Shown: positions 1 through 11,319 of the stretch, in pieces
Position numbering within the stretch: the first letter of the stretch is position 1
How the letters are laid out: each line of letters starts with the position of its first letter
Source: Octopus vulgaris
Taxonomy: Eukaryota
Assembly: GCA_951406725.2 (NCBI GenBank)
Contig: OX597816.1
Coordinates: forward strand, 119,536,001-119,600,000
Length of the DNA stretch: 64,000 bases
Reading direction: 5' to 3'
Program-made: the position numbers and the translations under genes
Notes under the pieces: generated by a model
What the model was told of the DNA's origin: nothing
What the model saw: the letters and a program-made list of their open reading frames with translations, nothing else
The model's database searches: none

Positions 1-640
1 CATGTCTATCTTTCTCTATTTGTCTCCTTCTCCCCCCCCTCTGCCTCTGTCTCAGGAGATTTGATTAATGACTCTTATAATCAACCTCCTTTTATACATA
101 CCTGATGGGTTTTCCAAAATTGTCATGCTTAAGAAATATGTAAACTAGACAAATGAGGACGCCGCGTGTTTGAAACGTCATTTTACACATACTCGCGTCT
201 CCCCGCGCCCTTCCTATAATGTACATTGGTTATGTTAGAGTAATATTTGAAGACCGGCGCATCGTTCCTTTGTGCGTTTACGTCTCCCTTTGTGAGTGTG
301 TGCGTATGTGCGTGTATGAGCATGTATGCATTTGTGTGTATGCATCTGTGTGTATGAGTATTTGTTTTATGTATGTGTGTTTGTGAAACAAATAGGTCTA
401 AAATTGAGTGTGTGGGTGTGTGTATATATATTAATATATAGGTGCAAATGTATGTCGGTGTATGTTCATATGTATGCATGTTTATGATTTAATCAAATGC
501 GTGTATATATGTGTCCATATGTTTGTATATGTGTGTGTATATACATGTGCATTAATTAAATGTGTGTATATATATATATACATATATACGTGTGTGTGTG
601 ACAATGCATGTGTATAAATATATACACACACATACGTGTA

Positions 641-701
<61 letters not shown>

Positions 702-1869
702 GCATACGTGCACGTAAAAATGTCTGGATATGTTCGTGTGTGTATGTATTTGTATCAATTATATGTGTGTGTATAGATAGACAGACAGATAGATGTATGT
801 ATGATATATATCCATTATAGTGTGTCCCTCAGATCTGTGTCTCCCCCACCTCCTCTCTGTACTGCATTGTAGCCAATTCAATTGCTGTGACCGAACAAAT
901 TTCTGTTTAATCCCAGATATTTGACATAGTAGTTAGTTGTCGGTAGCTTGGTCAAGAGTCTCAGTAAAAGACAGTTAATTTCATTGTGATAAACGTGAGA
1001 AGCAAGTGAAATAAACACAATAGACGTATTTGTAGCGTTGGTCAGCAACTAACTCGGAGCGTCGAGATAATAAGTGGTCAGAAAATGAACAAAAAGAAGA
1101 CGAAAAACACAATACAATAAAAGAGGAGATATTTATGAAATATGAACAACAAAGCAAATGATGACCATAACTAACAATGCAAAGAAGTAAAGAATACGAA
1201 AATACAAAAACAAAAAAAAAATGTCGAGACGACAACCACATGACTAGCAGTAACAGTAATAACAACAAAAGTAAAAGCAGTAGTAGTAATAGCAACAACA
1301 GCAGTAAGAGATGTAGCAACGCATAGCAATAACTACAACAAGAGAAGAAAAACCATTTGTCACTATAAAACCTATTTTGGTTTCTTTTTTTCTTCTTTGT
1401 TTTTTCTTTATCGGCACACTTTTACCAAAAACCATGGATCAATTTCTCCCACCACGCGTCCGCCAGCTCTTCTAGTGTCCTGACTTGGCGCCTGGTCACT
1501 CCATCAGCTATAAGAGTCGCATGGTGAACTTTTGGCTAAAGTTCTTTGATAGCTATACTTTACATTAAAATAACCTCATTGACGGCCGTAGTAGCCAGCT
1601 TTATGACATCTAAAATGTCTCTGGCAATTAGTTTTCAATAAATTTTCTTGTTTTGTGCGGGTAGTGTATTTGGAGAAACAGATAATATGCAGTAGCAGTT
1701 ACTTAGTTCAGTGCGCAAGTTCTTGGTTCAAATCTCAGCTACGCAAACTTTGCTGCGAATAACTCGATGAAAAATAAAATATATCAGTGACGATTTGGAC
1801 TCAGATAACACTATTAGATTTGATGTATTGTACCAAAGTTAGACATCAATATTCATAATTGTTTCAATG

Positions 1870-2414
1870 CTAGCGGTGGACTTAGTTGATTACATTGATC
1901 CCAGTACTTGACCCTGGGAGAATGAAAGGCAAACTCGACCTCGACGGAATTTGAACTCGGAATATAAAGAGCCAGAAGAAATGTCACAAGGGCTTATCTC
2001 TCGCTTAATGGCTTCAAATTTTGGCACAAGGCCAGCAGTTCCAGGAGAGAGGGCTCAGTCGATTTCATCGATCCCAGTGGCCAACTAGGACCTATTTTAA
2101 TGACCTCGAAAGGATGGTCATTAAAATCGACGTCGGTGGCATTTGAACTCAGAACGTAAAGATAGATGAAATGCCGCTAAGCATTTTGTTCAGCATGCTA
2201 AAGGTTCTGCCAACTCGCCACCTTGTCTATCTCTCTCATAACATTAATACTAACTAATCTGTGCGTACAAGTATACCATTATTGCTATGTATGGGCTCTC
2301 TGTTGGTCACCATGTCCGATTGAATATAATATTGAATTCAAATTTTGGCGCAAGGCAAGAAATTTCGGGAGAGAGGGTTAAGTTGATTACATCGATTCCT
2401 GTGCGCAGTAGATA
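1870..2414 (-). mobile_element. Cluster of about three decayed tRNA-derived SINEs (family A); the last copy is split by the CR1 LINE
   Basis: Repeated family-A motifs (GATTACATCGA..CCAGT; GAAAGGCAAA.TCGACCTCG.CGGAATTTGAACTC = B box on the - strand). The copy at 2345-2414 resumes at 6539-6665. Confidence 0.8.
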
Positions 2415-2860
2415 CTTCCTCATCTGCCTTTTCGGTCCCGGAGGTTCCCCAACCTAATTTGAGGAGCGTAGACTCAAACCCACCTGAAGACCGTTGTTCT
2501 CCCCAAAAGAAGAAACGTCGTCAAAACTCCAGTGGGGCGGATTTAGCTATGAAACCTAACCACGATAAACGGTCTCCTGTTGACGCAGGGTCACCCTTGA
2601 TTTCTTCCCTGGAGACGTCCAAACCGAAGGGAACAAAATCGAAGCGGCCAAAGAAGGCGAAGGAACCGGCGGTCGTTCCTGCACATGATCGTTCCTGTGC
2701 GGATTCTTCCTCATCTGCCTTTTCGGTCCCGGAGGTTCCCCAACCTAGTTCGAGGAGCGTAGACTCAAACCCACCTAAAGACCGTTGTTCTCCCCAAAAG
2801 AAGAAACGTAGTCAAAACTCCAGAGGGGCAGATTTGGCTATGAAACCTGATCACGATAAA
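2415..2860 (+). repeat. In-frame 291-bp (97-aa) period duplication inside ORF1
   Basis: CTTCCTCATCTGCCTTTTCGGTCCCGGAGG...CACGATAAA occurs at 2415-2569 and again at 2706-2860 with few substitutions. Confidence 0.95.
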
Positions 2861-3586
2861 ATCTGTTTGGATTCTCCTTCACTTGTCCTTCCCATTAATG
2901 CCATTGCTCAACCAATTCTGAACGATCTCGATGTGGGTTCATCTGGGGAGTGGTGCTCCCCCAAACCGAAGAAGAGGCAGTGCAGTTCCAAACCAGGCGG
3001 GAAAATTATGACCACTAAATCCATTCCGATCGACCCCACAGGCCGACATAAGTCCGATGGCTATGAAACCACCCTTTCGAAATCCTCCAATGAAGAATCG
3101 AATACCGCAGCTCATAGTAGAGAACTTTTTGCCCACTCAAGATCGGCAATAATATATGGCAAGGCTGAATCCACCTGTGATACAGGCATAAACCGCCTAA
3201 AAGATGACATTAATTTTGTTTCCGTTTTGGTTGGAAAATTGTTCTCTGTAAACGAAAATGTCAGTGTTCTTAAGGTCGCTCGGCTAGGAAGATTCCAAGC
3301 GAACCCAACCGCAGATACTAGACCACGCCCAATAAGGGTAATCTTTTCTTCTGATCGGGAGGCTTCAGTCTTTCTGAACAGAGCTCAGACGCATGCCTGG
3401 GAGGACCCCAATATGGGTTTTCGCGAGGAATACTCACTAAGAGAGAGAATTCGCCGGAGGAACCTGATATCCGAGCTAAAGATGAGGAAACAAATGGGAG
3501 AGAAGGGTTTACGAATCCAAGATGGACAGATAATCAAGTCCTACCTCTGGTCCCATGCTGTAGTGCTGACAGGGAAAGTGATGTGA
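2417..3586 (+). CDS. LINE ORF1 protein (5'-truncated; basic Ser/Pro-rich repeats plus C-terminal RRM-like RNA-binding region)
   Basis: The frame is open from the 5' junction to TGA 3584-3586. The C-terminus IIYGKAES...ARLGR...PRPIRVIF...SLRERIRRRNLISELKMR..GEKGLRIQDG matches CR1/L2-type ORF1 motifs. Confidence 0.85.
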   Translation, partial: SSSAFSVPEVPQPNLRSVDSNPPEDRCSPQKKKRRQNSSGADLAMKPNHDKRSPVDAGSPLISSLETSKPKGTKSKRPKKAKEPAVVPAHDRSCADSSSSAFSVPEVPQPSSRSVDSNPPKDRCSPQKKKRSQNSRGADLAMKPDHDKICLDSPSLVLPINAIAQPILNDLDVGSSGEWCSPKPKKRQCSSKPGGKIMTTKSIPIDPTGRHKSDGYETTLSKSSNEESNTAAHSRELFAHSRSAIIYGKAESTCDTGINRLKDDINFVSVLVGKLFSVNENVSVLKVARLGRFQANPTADTRPRPIRVIFSSDREASVFLNRAQTHAWEDPNMGFREEYSLRERIRRRNLISELKMRKQMGEKGLRIQDGQIIKSYLWSHAVVLTGKVM

Positions 3587-4653
3587 GGGCAAATCGAAGT
3601 GAAGTTGATACCCCCGTCAACGATGCTATCTCTGATGCCCTTTATTCTGCTTGTTCCCCAACTCCCGCCCCTCAGACTTCACAGCTCAGCATCGTCTACA
3701 CCAACTCGTGCTCCTTATTCCCAAAGTTCAGTGAACTATTTACATTGGCCCTACGCGACTCCCCTGATGTGATAGCTATCACCGAGACTTGGCTGACTCC
3801 AGCAGTAAAGGACTCAGAGATCCGCCTGCAGGGCTACGTCCTTTTCAGATGTGACAGAGGAAAAAGGCGAGGTGGAGGTGTTGCTGTGTATGTTAAGTCT
3901 GAGCACAAACCGTCCTGCGGTATTCTACCCACAAATGCTCAACCTACAACCAAATTCGATGCCGTCTATTGCAAGCTGAGCCTATCTGAGTTTTGCCTGC
4001 CCGTGTTGGCTGTCTACAGGCCGCCTCTAGCCGACCCCCAGGACGATGCTCATCTACTCGAAGCGATAAGATTCGTTTCAGCTTCGCATGACTGCTTGGT
4101 ACTAGGCGACTTCAACGCTCCCACGATCGATTGGCCCGCATCAATTTGTACATCTTCCCGGTTCGGCCAGGCCCTTCTTGACGTGGCTGAAGATTGTTTT
4201 CTATCGCAACATGTTGAATATTCGACAAGGCATCGGTCTGGGCAGCAGCCATCTATGCTAGATCTGGTATTCTCCCGCTATCCAAGATCAGTGTCAGACG
4301 TATCTGTGTGCGCCTCTCTTGCCAAGAGTGATCATGCGGTCCTGAAGTTCGTCATGCACACAACTTTTTCCACGCCCACGATTACTTCGCTGCCACGTAG
4401 AGTCTTCTCTGCAATTAATCTTGAAATTCTAACCGAGGCTTCCGCGCTTCTGGACTGGCGTTCCCTGATGACGTTGTCCTCAGTTGACGAACTATGGTCA
4501 TCCCTGAAAGCATATGTAATCTGTTTGACTGACCAGGCAGTTCCCGTTGGACTTCCCAAGAGGAAGAAACACAAGCCCTGGGTGACGAAGAAGGTTAAAC
4601 GAGAACGTCGACTCAGAGATATTCAAAAATCTGGATTCGACTGCAGCTTTTGA
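3583..4653 (+). pseudogene. LINE ORF2 N-terminal half: apurinic-like endonuclease (APE); frameshifted near 4620
   Basis: Motifs YTNSCSL, IAITETWL, RRGGGVAVYVK, VYRPP, LGDFNAP, LDLVF, SDHA. The protein continues in the +1 frame from about 4622 (FKNLDSTAAFEVYK). Confidence 0.92.
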
Positions 4654-6454
4654 GGTGTACAAAACTCAACGAGACCGAGCCGTGAAAATTGAAAAGAAAG
4701 AACGCTTCAGTTATGAATACAAAATCGCGGCAAATGCCAGTAGCAATCCAAAAACCTTCTTTGCCCATGTCCAGCGGAATTCCCGCTTGAACAACCAGAT
4801 TGCAACGTTGGTAGACTCAACAGGAGTATCGATTGAGGACCCTTATCAACAGAGTCAATTATTTGCCGAGGCTTTTTCAACTATTTTCAAACAAGATGAT
4901 GGTCGTGAACCCCCTCCATTTGATAGATCGGTACCTCCAATGCTTCGATTGATCATCACGCGGGACGAAGTCAAACGTGTTATTCAAGGCCTTGATGTCA
5001 ACAAGGGTCACGGCCCTGACGGCATACACCCACGGGTTATCAAAGCGTTGGCTCCGGTCATCTGCGAGCCCTTAACACGACTATTCAATATGTCATTGGC
5101 GACGGGTGTTATACCTGCAGACTGGAGAACAGCGATAATCTGCCCAATTTTCAAGAAAGGGAGCCGCGAAGACCCGCTTAACTACCGACCGGTTTCCCTT
5201 ACATCAATAATCAGCAAGATGTTCGAAACCATCCTTAAGAAAAGTATGATGCTCCACCTCCTAAACACAGCCTCGATCACTGATTCCCAACACGGCTTCG
5301 TGCCGAAGAGATCATGCTTGACCAACTTACTAGTAATGGAAGAATTGGTGACGCGCATCCTCGATGATAGTGATGCTGTTGACATCGTTTTATTGGACTT
5401 TGCCAAAGCTTTTGACTCGGTAAACCACCGCCTACTACTTGTCAAGCTTCAAGCATATAGTTTCCATCCGGATATTGTACGATGGGTTGGTGCCTTCCTC
5501 TCAGATCGCTCCTTCCAAGTTCAAGTTAATGGTTCGCGGTCCGACGTCTCCAGTGCGAGCAGTGGCGTGCCTCAAGGTTCAGTGCTTGGGCCCTTGTTGT
5601 TCTTAGTCTTCATAAATGACTTGCCCGACGACCTCACGCAACACACCCTTCTATTTGCCGACGATATCAAACTGGTCGCTCCTCGCGGTAGTATAGAGGA
5701 TCTTCGTCGATGCCTCCACCAAATTTGGAAGTGGTCTAACGATTGGGACCTGTGTCTGAACGTGTCAAAGTGCTGTCATCTGCCTGTCGGCTCTACTCCT
5801 GCAACTCAACTTGATTTCGAGCCGGGTCATCTGCTGCTGGAGAGGACCGATCAGGTAAAGGACCTGGGTATCTTGGTGGATTCCTCCTTTTCGCCTTCGG
5901 CCCAGTGCGTCCATGCTGCCAACAAAGCGCGCGGAATTCTGTTTTTGATTCGACGGTCATTCGGAATGCTCACAGCAGCCATATTCCTGCCACTCTATGT
6001 CACGCTGGTGAGACCCATATTGGAGTATGGGATTCAAGCCTCTTCTCCTTATCTCCTCAAAGACATACAGCACCTCGAAAGAGTCCAGAGGCTGGCTACC
6101 CGCATGGTTCATGGTCTCAAAAATTTGTCCTACGAAGAAAGGCTGAGGACGCTCGACCTTTGTTCTCTTGAAAAACGCCGCCGCCGTGGTGATCTCATTC
6201 TCGCCCACAACATCATAAGCGGGAAGTGTAACCTCTCGAAAGAGCTGTTCTTCACTCCTGCTCCGGAGCGTCGGCTGCGGGGTCATTCCGAAAAGCTCTA
6301 CCTGCGACGATTTCATCTCAATCGAAGGAGAGGAGCTTTCTCCGTCCAGGTTGCGGATCCGTGGAACAAGCTGCCAGACGAGATGGTGAAGATGCCGACG
6401 ACCGCTTTGTTCAAAGCCTCCCTGGACCTCAAGTGGCCTGAACTCTTTACATGA
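4622..6454 (+). pseudogene. LINE ORF2 C-terminal half: reverse transcriptase (CR1 type)
   Basis: GPDGIHP, NYRPVSLTS, QHGFVPKRSCLTNL, LDFAKAFDSV, GVPQGSVLGPLLF, FADD catalytic motif, KDLGI, LERVQRLATR, RRRRGDL, LRGH...WNKLP. No stops in about 600 codons. Confidence 0.95.
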
Positions 6455-6474
6455 ACACCACCCTGTACTTAACT

Positions 6475-6538
6475 CCATGTCCCCCTACATGGCCTTGCTA
6501 TTTGCTTTTGAGCCAAATTAACTAACTAACTAACTAAC
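6475..6538 (+). repeat. LINE 3' end: CCATGT/ACATGG stem-loop and (TAAC)5 tail
   Basis: 6-bp stem at 6475-6480/6487-6492 and TAAC x5 at 6519-6538. A 3' hairpin plus a short tandem tail is typical of CR1/L2 elements. Confidence 0.85.
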
Positions 6539-6824
6539 TTATCGACGTCGAAAGAATGAAAGGCATAGTCGACTTCGGTGGAATTTGAAACCAGAATGTA
6601 AAGACGGACGAAATGCCACTAAACTTTTTGCCCGGTGTGCTTACGATTCTACCATCTCACCGTCTTTTGATTAAATATTTATCAACCAATCGTGTCCTAA
6701 AGTTAAAACTGAATTTGAAATTTGGTAGTTTACAAAAGAAGTAGAATAATGAGGAAAAGGAAGAGGAGGAGGATAATGATAGATAATTTTTTTTTTTATT
6801 TTCATTATACACGAAGCCTGTCCA

Positions 6825-7870
6825 GTGTTCAAATCACACCAAGTTAACTTTGCCTTTCGCTCATCGAGTAGATACTTGTGGTATTTCTTCCGGCTCTTTA
6901 AGTTCTGATCTCAAATCCCGTAGCGCTCAGCTTTACTTACCTTCCTTCCCGGGTCGATAAAATAAAGTACCAGACAAGTATTGGGATCGGTGATATCGAT
7001 TAACCCCTTTCCTTATAACTTACTGGTTCTGATGCCAAGACCAGAAACCATTATGATGGGATGGAGGTAAATTGACAGAATTGTTAGGGTACTATGGCTT
7101 GGCCTTTTACCTTCTGGGTTCAAATCCCGCCGAAGTCAACTTTGCCTTTATCCTTTTGGAGTCGATAAAAGAAAATACAAGTGAAGTGCAGAAGTTGATA
7201 TATTAGGCGAAACTCCTCCTCTCAAAATTGTCGTATGAGTCAGAAACCACCAATCTTATTATGAGAGGAATAGAGAGACAGGATCTTTAAAGGATCGGAT
7301 ATCAAGCCTTGCAATAATTAGTTATGACCCTTTGCGTTCTAAGTTCAAATCCCGCCCAGGTCAACGTAGCATTTCAACCCTCCTTGGTCAATAAAATAAA
7401 GTATCAGCCAAATATCTGGGTTGTTTTAATCGAATATCCCTTTCCACCAAATTCGTGATCCTGAGTTTATGTTAGAAATCAATATTATTAGGAGGGCAAG
7501 CAGGTGGCGAGTTGGGACAAGCGTGAGAGTGCCGGACAAAATGTTAAGCGGCATTTTTTTTTTCGACTTTACGTTCTGAATTCAAATTCTACCGAGGACG
7601 ACGTTGCCTTTCCTCCTGTCTGGATTGATGAAATTCATCAACCTCAGATAGGGGGTCGATGAAATTGAACACCTCCTTCCTCTATACTTTTTAAATTTGT
7701 GCTTCTAGTAGAAAGAATTATTAGGGGAGTGGTGGGAAACTCGATTACATCAACCCCAGTGCTCAACTGAAAGGATGAAGGGCAAAATCGACCCCAGCGA
7801 CTCTTGAACGTAGAACGTAAAGGCAGACGAAATGCCGCTAAGCATTTTGCCAGCTCGTCGCCTTCGCCTT
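6825..7870. mobile_element. Stack of about six decayed family-A SINEs (mostly +, last one -)
   Basis: Repeated GTTCAAAT(C/T)CC B boxes followed by TTTGCCTTT.ATCC...GTCGATAAAATAAAGTAC. Confidence 0.8.
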
Positions 7871-8372
7871 AATAATATTGTTCAGCTTCGAGGCATGAGT
7901 AGCAAAAACGAACATAAAAGACAAAATAAAACAAATACCAAGAAAGAGGAAGTCTCTCAACCGAACGGTAAAAAGCGACGAGTAGTGAGGAAAACGGGGA
8001 AAATATATAAAACGGGGAAAGCTAAGATAGTAACGAAAAGAAAATTAAATGACACAGATGTTTGAATACATTGAATGTCTTTCGGCTGTATGACAAGAGT
8101 TAAGACAAGATTACCAAAGTAACGCAAATAGGAAAGAATGTAGTCTTTTCGCACTTTGAAAAATAGATTTGTGTGTGTGTGTGTTATATGTAAGTGTCAG
8201 AAATTTAGTATTGGGCACATCTTTGAAGGTCATAGAGTAGGTTACTTTTTGGGAACTTTTTAGCTCCAGGCATTGTGTCCCTCACAAGAACGGCAATACT
8301 CACAATAAAAAAAAGTTACCAATTTTTCAGTGATTCATAGGTATAATTAGTGTGGTACAATATCACATGCCT

Positions 8373-8595
8373 GTACCTCCAAAGTAAATAAGTAAATTAG
8401 TAAAATATAATTTAGAAAAATAAAAAAAAATAAGAGTAAATGATATTTGGGCTTCAATTTGAGCGATGGGGTTAGCATTTTATGAAGTACCTCCAAAGTA
8501 AATAGGTAAATTAGTACAATATATTTTAGCAAAAATAAAAATAAGAGTAAATATTATTTGGACTTCCATTTGAGCGGTGGGGCTAGCATTTTATG
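8373..8595 (+). repeat. Two-copy tandem duplication, 114-bp period
   Basis: GTACCTCCAAAGTAAATA.GTAAATTAG...TTGAGCG.TGGGG.TAGCATTTTATG starts at 8373 and again at 8487. Confidence 0.85.
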
Positions 8596-9199
8596 TAGTT
8601 TAAATTGGATCATTTTCTAGTTGGCCAGGATGTAATAATTCTGACCGAATCAGCATTCACCAAGTGGAGGATATTACCATTTTTTAAAAAGCAATTTATT
8701 CAAAACATAATGAATTGATATAATTATATTTATTTATCTATTTATTTGGAGTATTAATATACACGGGAAAAGTCGAATGTTGCTGTTAGTTTATCATGTA
8801 TATTATGTACATCTGTATGTGTGTGTGTGTGTTTGTGCGTATACACATGCATACATATATATATAAACATTATCGATATTGTGTGTGTGTGTACATATAG
8901 GTCCCATCGGTATCGAAAAGAATAAGGAACAGTCAAATAGTTGTTTCGATTTTATTAGTTGCGTAAAGAAAACAGAAATCGTTTGTTTCAGTAATAAAAT
9001 GTGGTGATACGAAAGAAATTGGATTTTACCATTTCTTTCGCATCATCATCTCTATGTTCTGAATTCAATATTAAACAGATTTCGATATCGACTTTTGTAA
9101 ATCGAATTTTCTTCCAATCGTATTCAATAAACTGAACTATTTCACTTCACCTACATATTTGTACCTTATCTCACTATAGCGAATCTATAACTATTTTTG

Positions 9200-10189
9200 T
9201 TTGATTTTGGCACAAGGCTGTCAATTTTGATGGGTGGAGGAGCGATCCCAGTACTTGATTGATATTTATTTTATCGACTCCAAAAGAATGAAAGTTAGAG
9301 TTGACCACGATGAACTCAGAATATTAAGAATCAGAAAAAATTCTGCTAACTAGTTTGTCGGGGGTGACAACGTTTAGCGAAAGCTGTAAATATTCTTTCT
9401 ACTCGTAGACACAAAGCCTGAAATTTTGGTAGAAGGCGCTAGTCGATTACATTGACCTCAGCACTGGGCTGGTACTTATTTTATCAACCTGGAATGTAAG
9501 AAAGTAATGTCGACCTCGGAAGCATTTGAACTGGGAACGTAAAAAGCCAGAAGAAATACCTCTAAACACCTTATTTGGCGCGATAACGACTCTGCCAGCT
9601 CGCCTCTTGAACGAAGCTATATACATTCCTTTTAATTTTGGCACTGACCAGCAATTTTGAGGGGAGGGGCAAGCCGATTATATCGAACCCAGGGCTCAAT
9701 TGATATTTACTCTATCAACTCTGAAAGCATGAAAGTCGACCTCGTTGGCGTTTGAACTCAGAATGTAAAGAGTCATACAATGAATATTCGTTTCAAATTT
9801 TGGCACAAGACCAGCAATTTTGTTTGAGGGAGTTAGTTGATTGCATGGACTCTAGTGCTCAACTAGTATTTATTTTATAGACCACGAAAGAATGAAATGA
9901 AAGTCAATAGTCGACCTCAACAGAATTTGAACTCAGAAAGTAAATACGGACGAAATACCTATTTCTTTACTACCCACAAAGGGCTAAACACAGAGGGGAC
10001 AAACAAGGACAGACACACGGATTAAGTCGATTACATCGACCCCATGCGTAACTGGTACTTATTTAATCGAACCCGAAAGGATGAAAGGCAAAGTCGACAT
10101 CGGCGGAATTTGAACTCAGAACGTAGCGGCAGACGAAATACCGCTAAGAATTTCACCCGGCGTGCTAACGATTCTGCCAGCTCGCCACC
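9200..10189 (-). mobile_element. Stack of family-A SINEs ending in a young full-length copy (9959-10189) joined to a headless old copy
   Basis: Young copy head (-) GGTGGCGAGCTGGCAGAATCGTTAG with B box GTTCAAATTCC; tail CCCTTTGTGGGTAGTAAAGAAATAG. Confidence 0.85.
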
Positions 10190-10456
10190 ATACTGTGAGG
10201 CTATAAATATTAAGAAGCTATATAGCGCCGGATTAGGTTTCTTAATTATTTAGATTCAGTTCAAATCTCATTTAACTCAGCTTTGCTTTACACCTCGTCC
10301 GGATAATAAAGCATATTGCCAGAGATATAGGAATGCCAATTCAAAAATTCATTGATATCATTTCTCGTAATATAATACTACTAGTTGCAGTAATATACTA
10401 GCATCAATATCAGTAATATACTGGTTGCGATAGCATTAATATACCACTGTCAGTAT

Positions 10457-11147
10457 CAGTGGCGGCTTTTAGATAAAATTAGTGGGGGTACTGCTTCAGA
10501 AAAATATTAGCCGTTATTTTAATATTGTGTAAAAGGAAACACATATAAAAAGAATATTTGTTCATAAACTTGATCGGCTCGCGTTTTAGCCACTGCCGGG
10601 TAGTGTGTTTAATTTGTTCACTGAACACCGCCGCGAATTCCCCCTTGTTTTTCAAAAATCCCCCCTAAATCACAAAATAAAGGGAGAAAATCTGCCTTAT
10701 TTTTCAAATCCTGGCAGCAACACTGCAGCTGGAAGCAAGATAATAATCTAATGCTACAGTTAATCGTATTCAAGAATATAAACACGTTTTTAAACACAAC
10801 ACACGCGGAGTCAAAAAGAAACTCTACCTTTCACCAGCGCCCCAGGGTCGGCACTGCATGAACCACAGTGCTCTCTCTCCCTAGCGTGCAGCTTCCTATG
10901 TAGGACATGCGAGCATGAGCACAATAGCCAAACACCACGTCGCTAGAGCTGTGAAGCTCACACTTCTATACAAGGATTTTTGTATTTTTTCATAATCTGC
11001 TGACATTAAGCTTAAGGATTATATAATGTACAAGTATAAAGAAAGAATTAAAGCAAAAAGGACTCATTATATTGAATGTTATCGATAATATCGAGTGGGA
11101 ATAGAGGATGCTGCAGTTCCGCAGTGCCTACTCATGAGCCGCTACTG
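10457..11147. mobile_element. Non-autonomous hAT DNA transposon (691 bp)
   Basis: TIRs CAGTGGCGGCT (10457-10467) and AGCCGCTACTG (11137-11147), 10/11 match. Perfect 8-bp TSD GTCAGTAT at 10449-10456 and 11148-11155. No transposase ORF. Confidence 0.9.
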
Positions 11148-11319
11148 GTCAGTATCAGCAATATAGTTAAATATATAGTAATATAGCGGTGTCGCAACCA
11201 CTCTATTACTACCACTTAGTTCCTGTAATATAGTTGTAATATGCTGGCAACGATTCGATTGTTTATATATACAAACTCTATCTTACAAATAATGACTTTA
11301 ACCCGAGCTAAAATCACTA

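Larger units (their letters stand above)
2415..6538 (+). mobile_element. CR1-clade non-LTR retrotransposon, 5'-truncated, young, inserted into a SINE
   Basis: ORF1, then APE and RT domains, a short 3'UTR with a stem-loop and a (TAAC)5 tail. Visibly more GC-rich than its flanks. SINE sequence stops at 2414 and resumes at 6539; no clear long TSD. Confidence 0.95.

Noticed and set aside
4586-4653. Programmed +1 frameshift within LINE ORF2
   Set aside because: CR1 ORF2 is normally one frame and a few residues seem to be missing at the break, so a copy-specific deletion or sequencing error is simpler.
10110-10150. GACGAAA in family-A SINEs as a hammerhead
   Set aside because: No CUGANGA-like core precedes it; the upstream sequence is the antisense B box.
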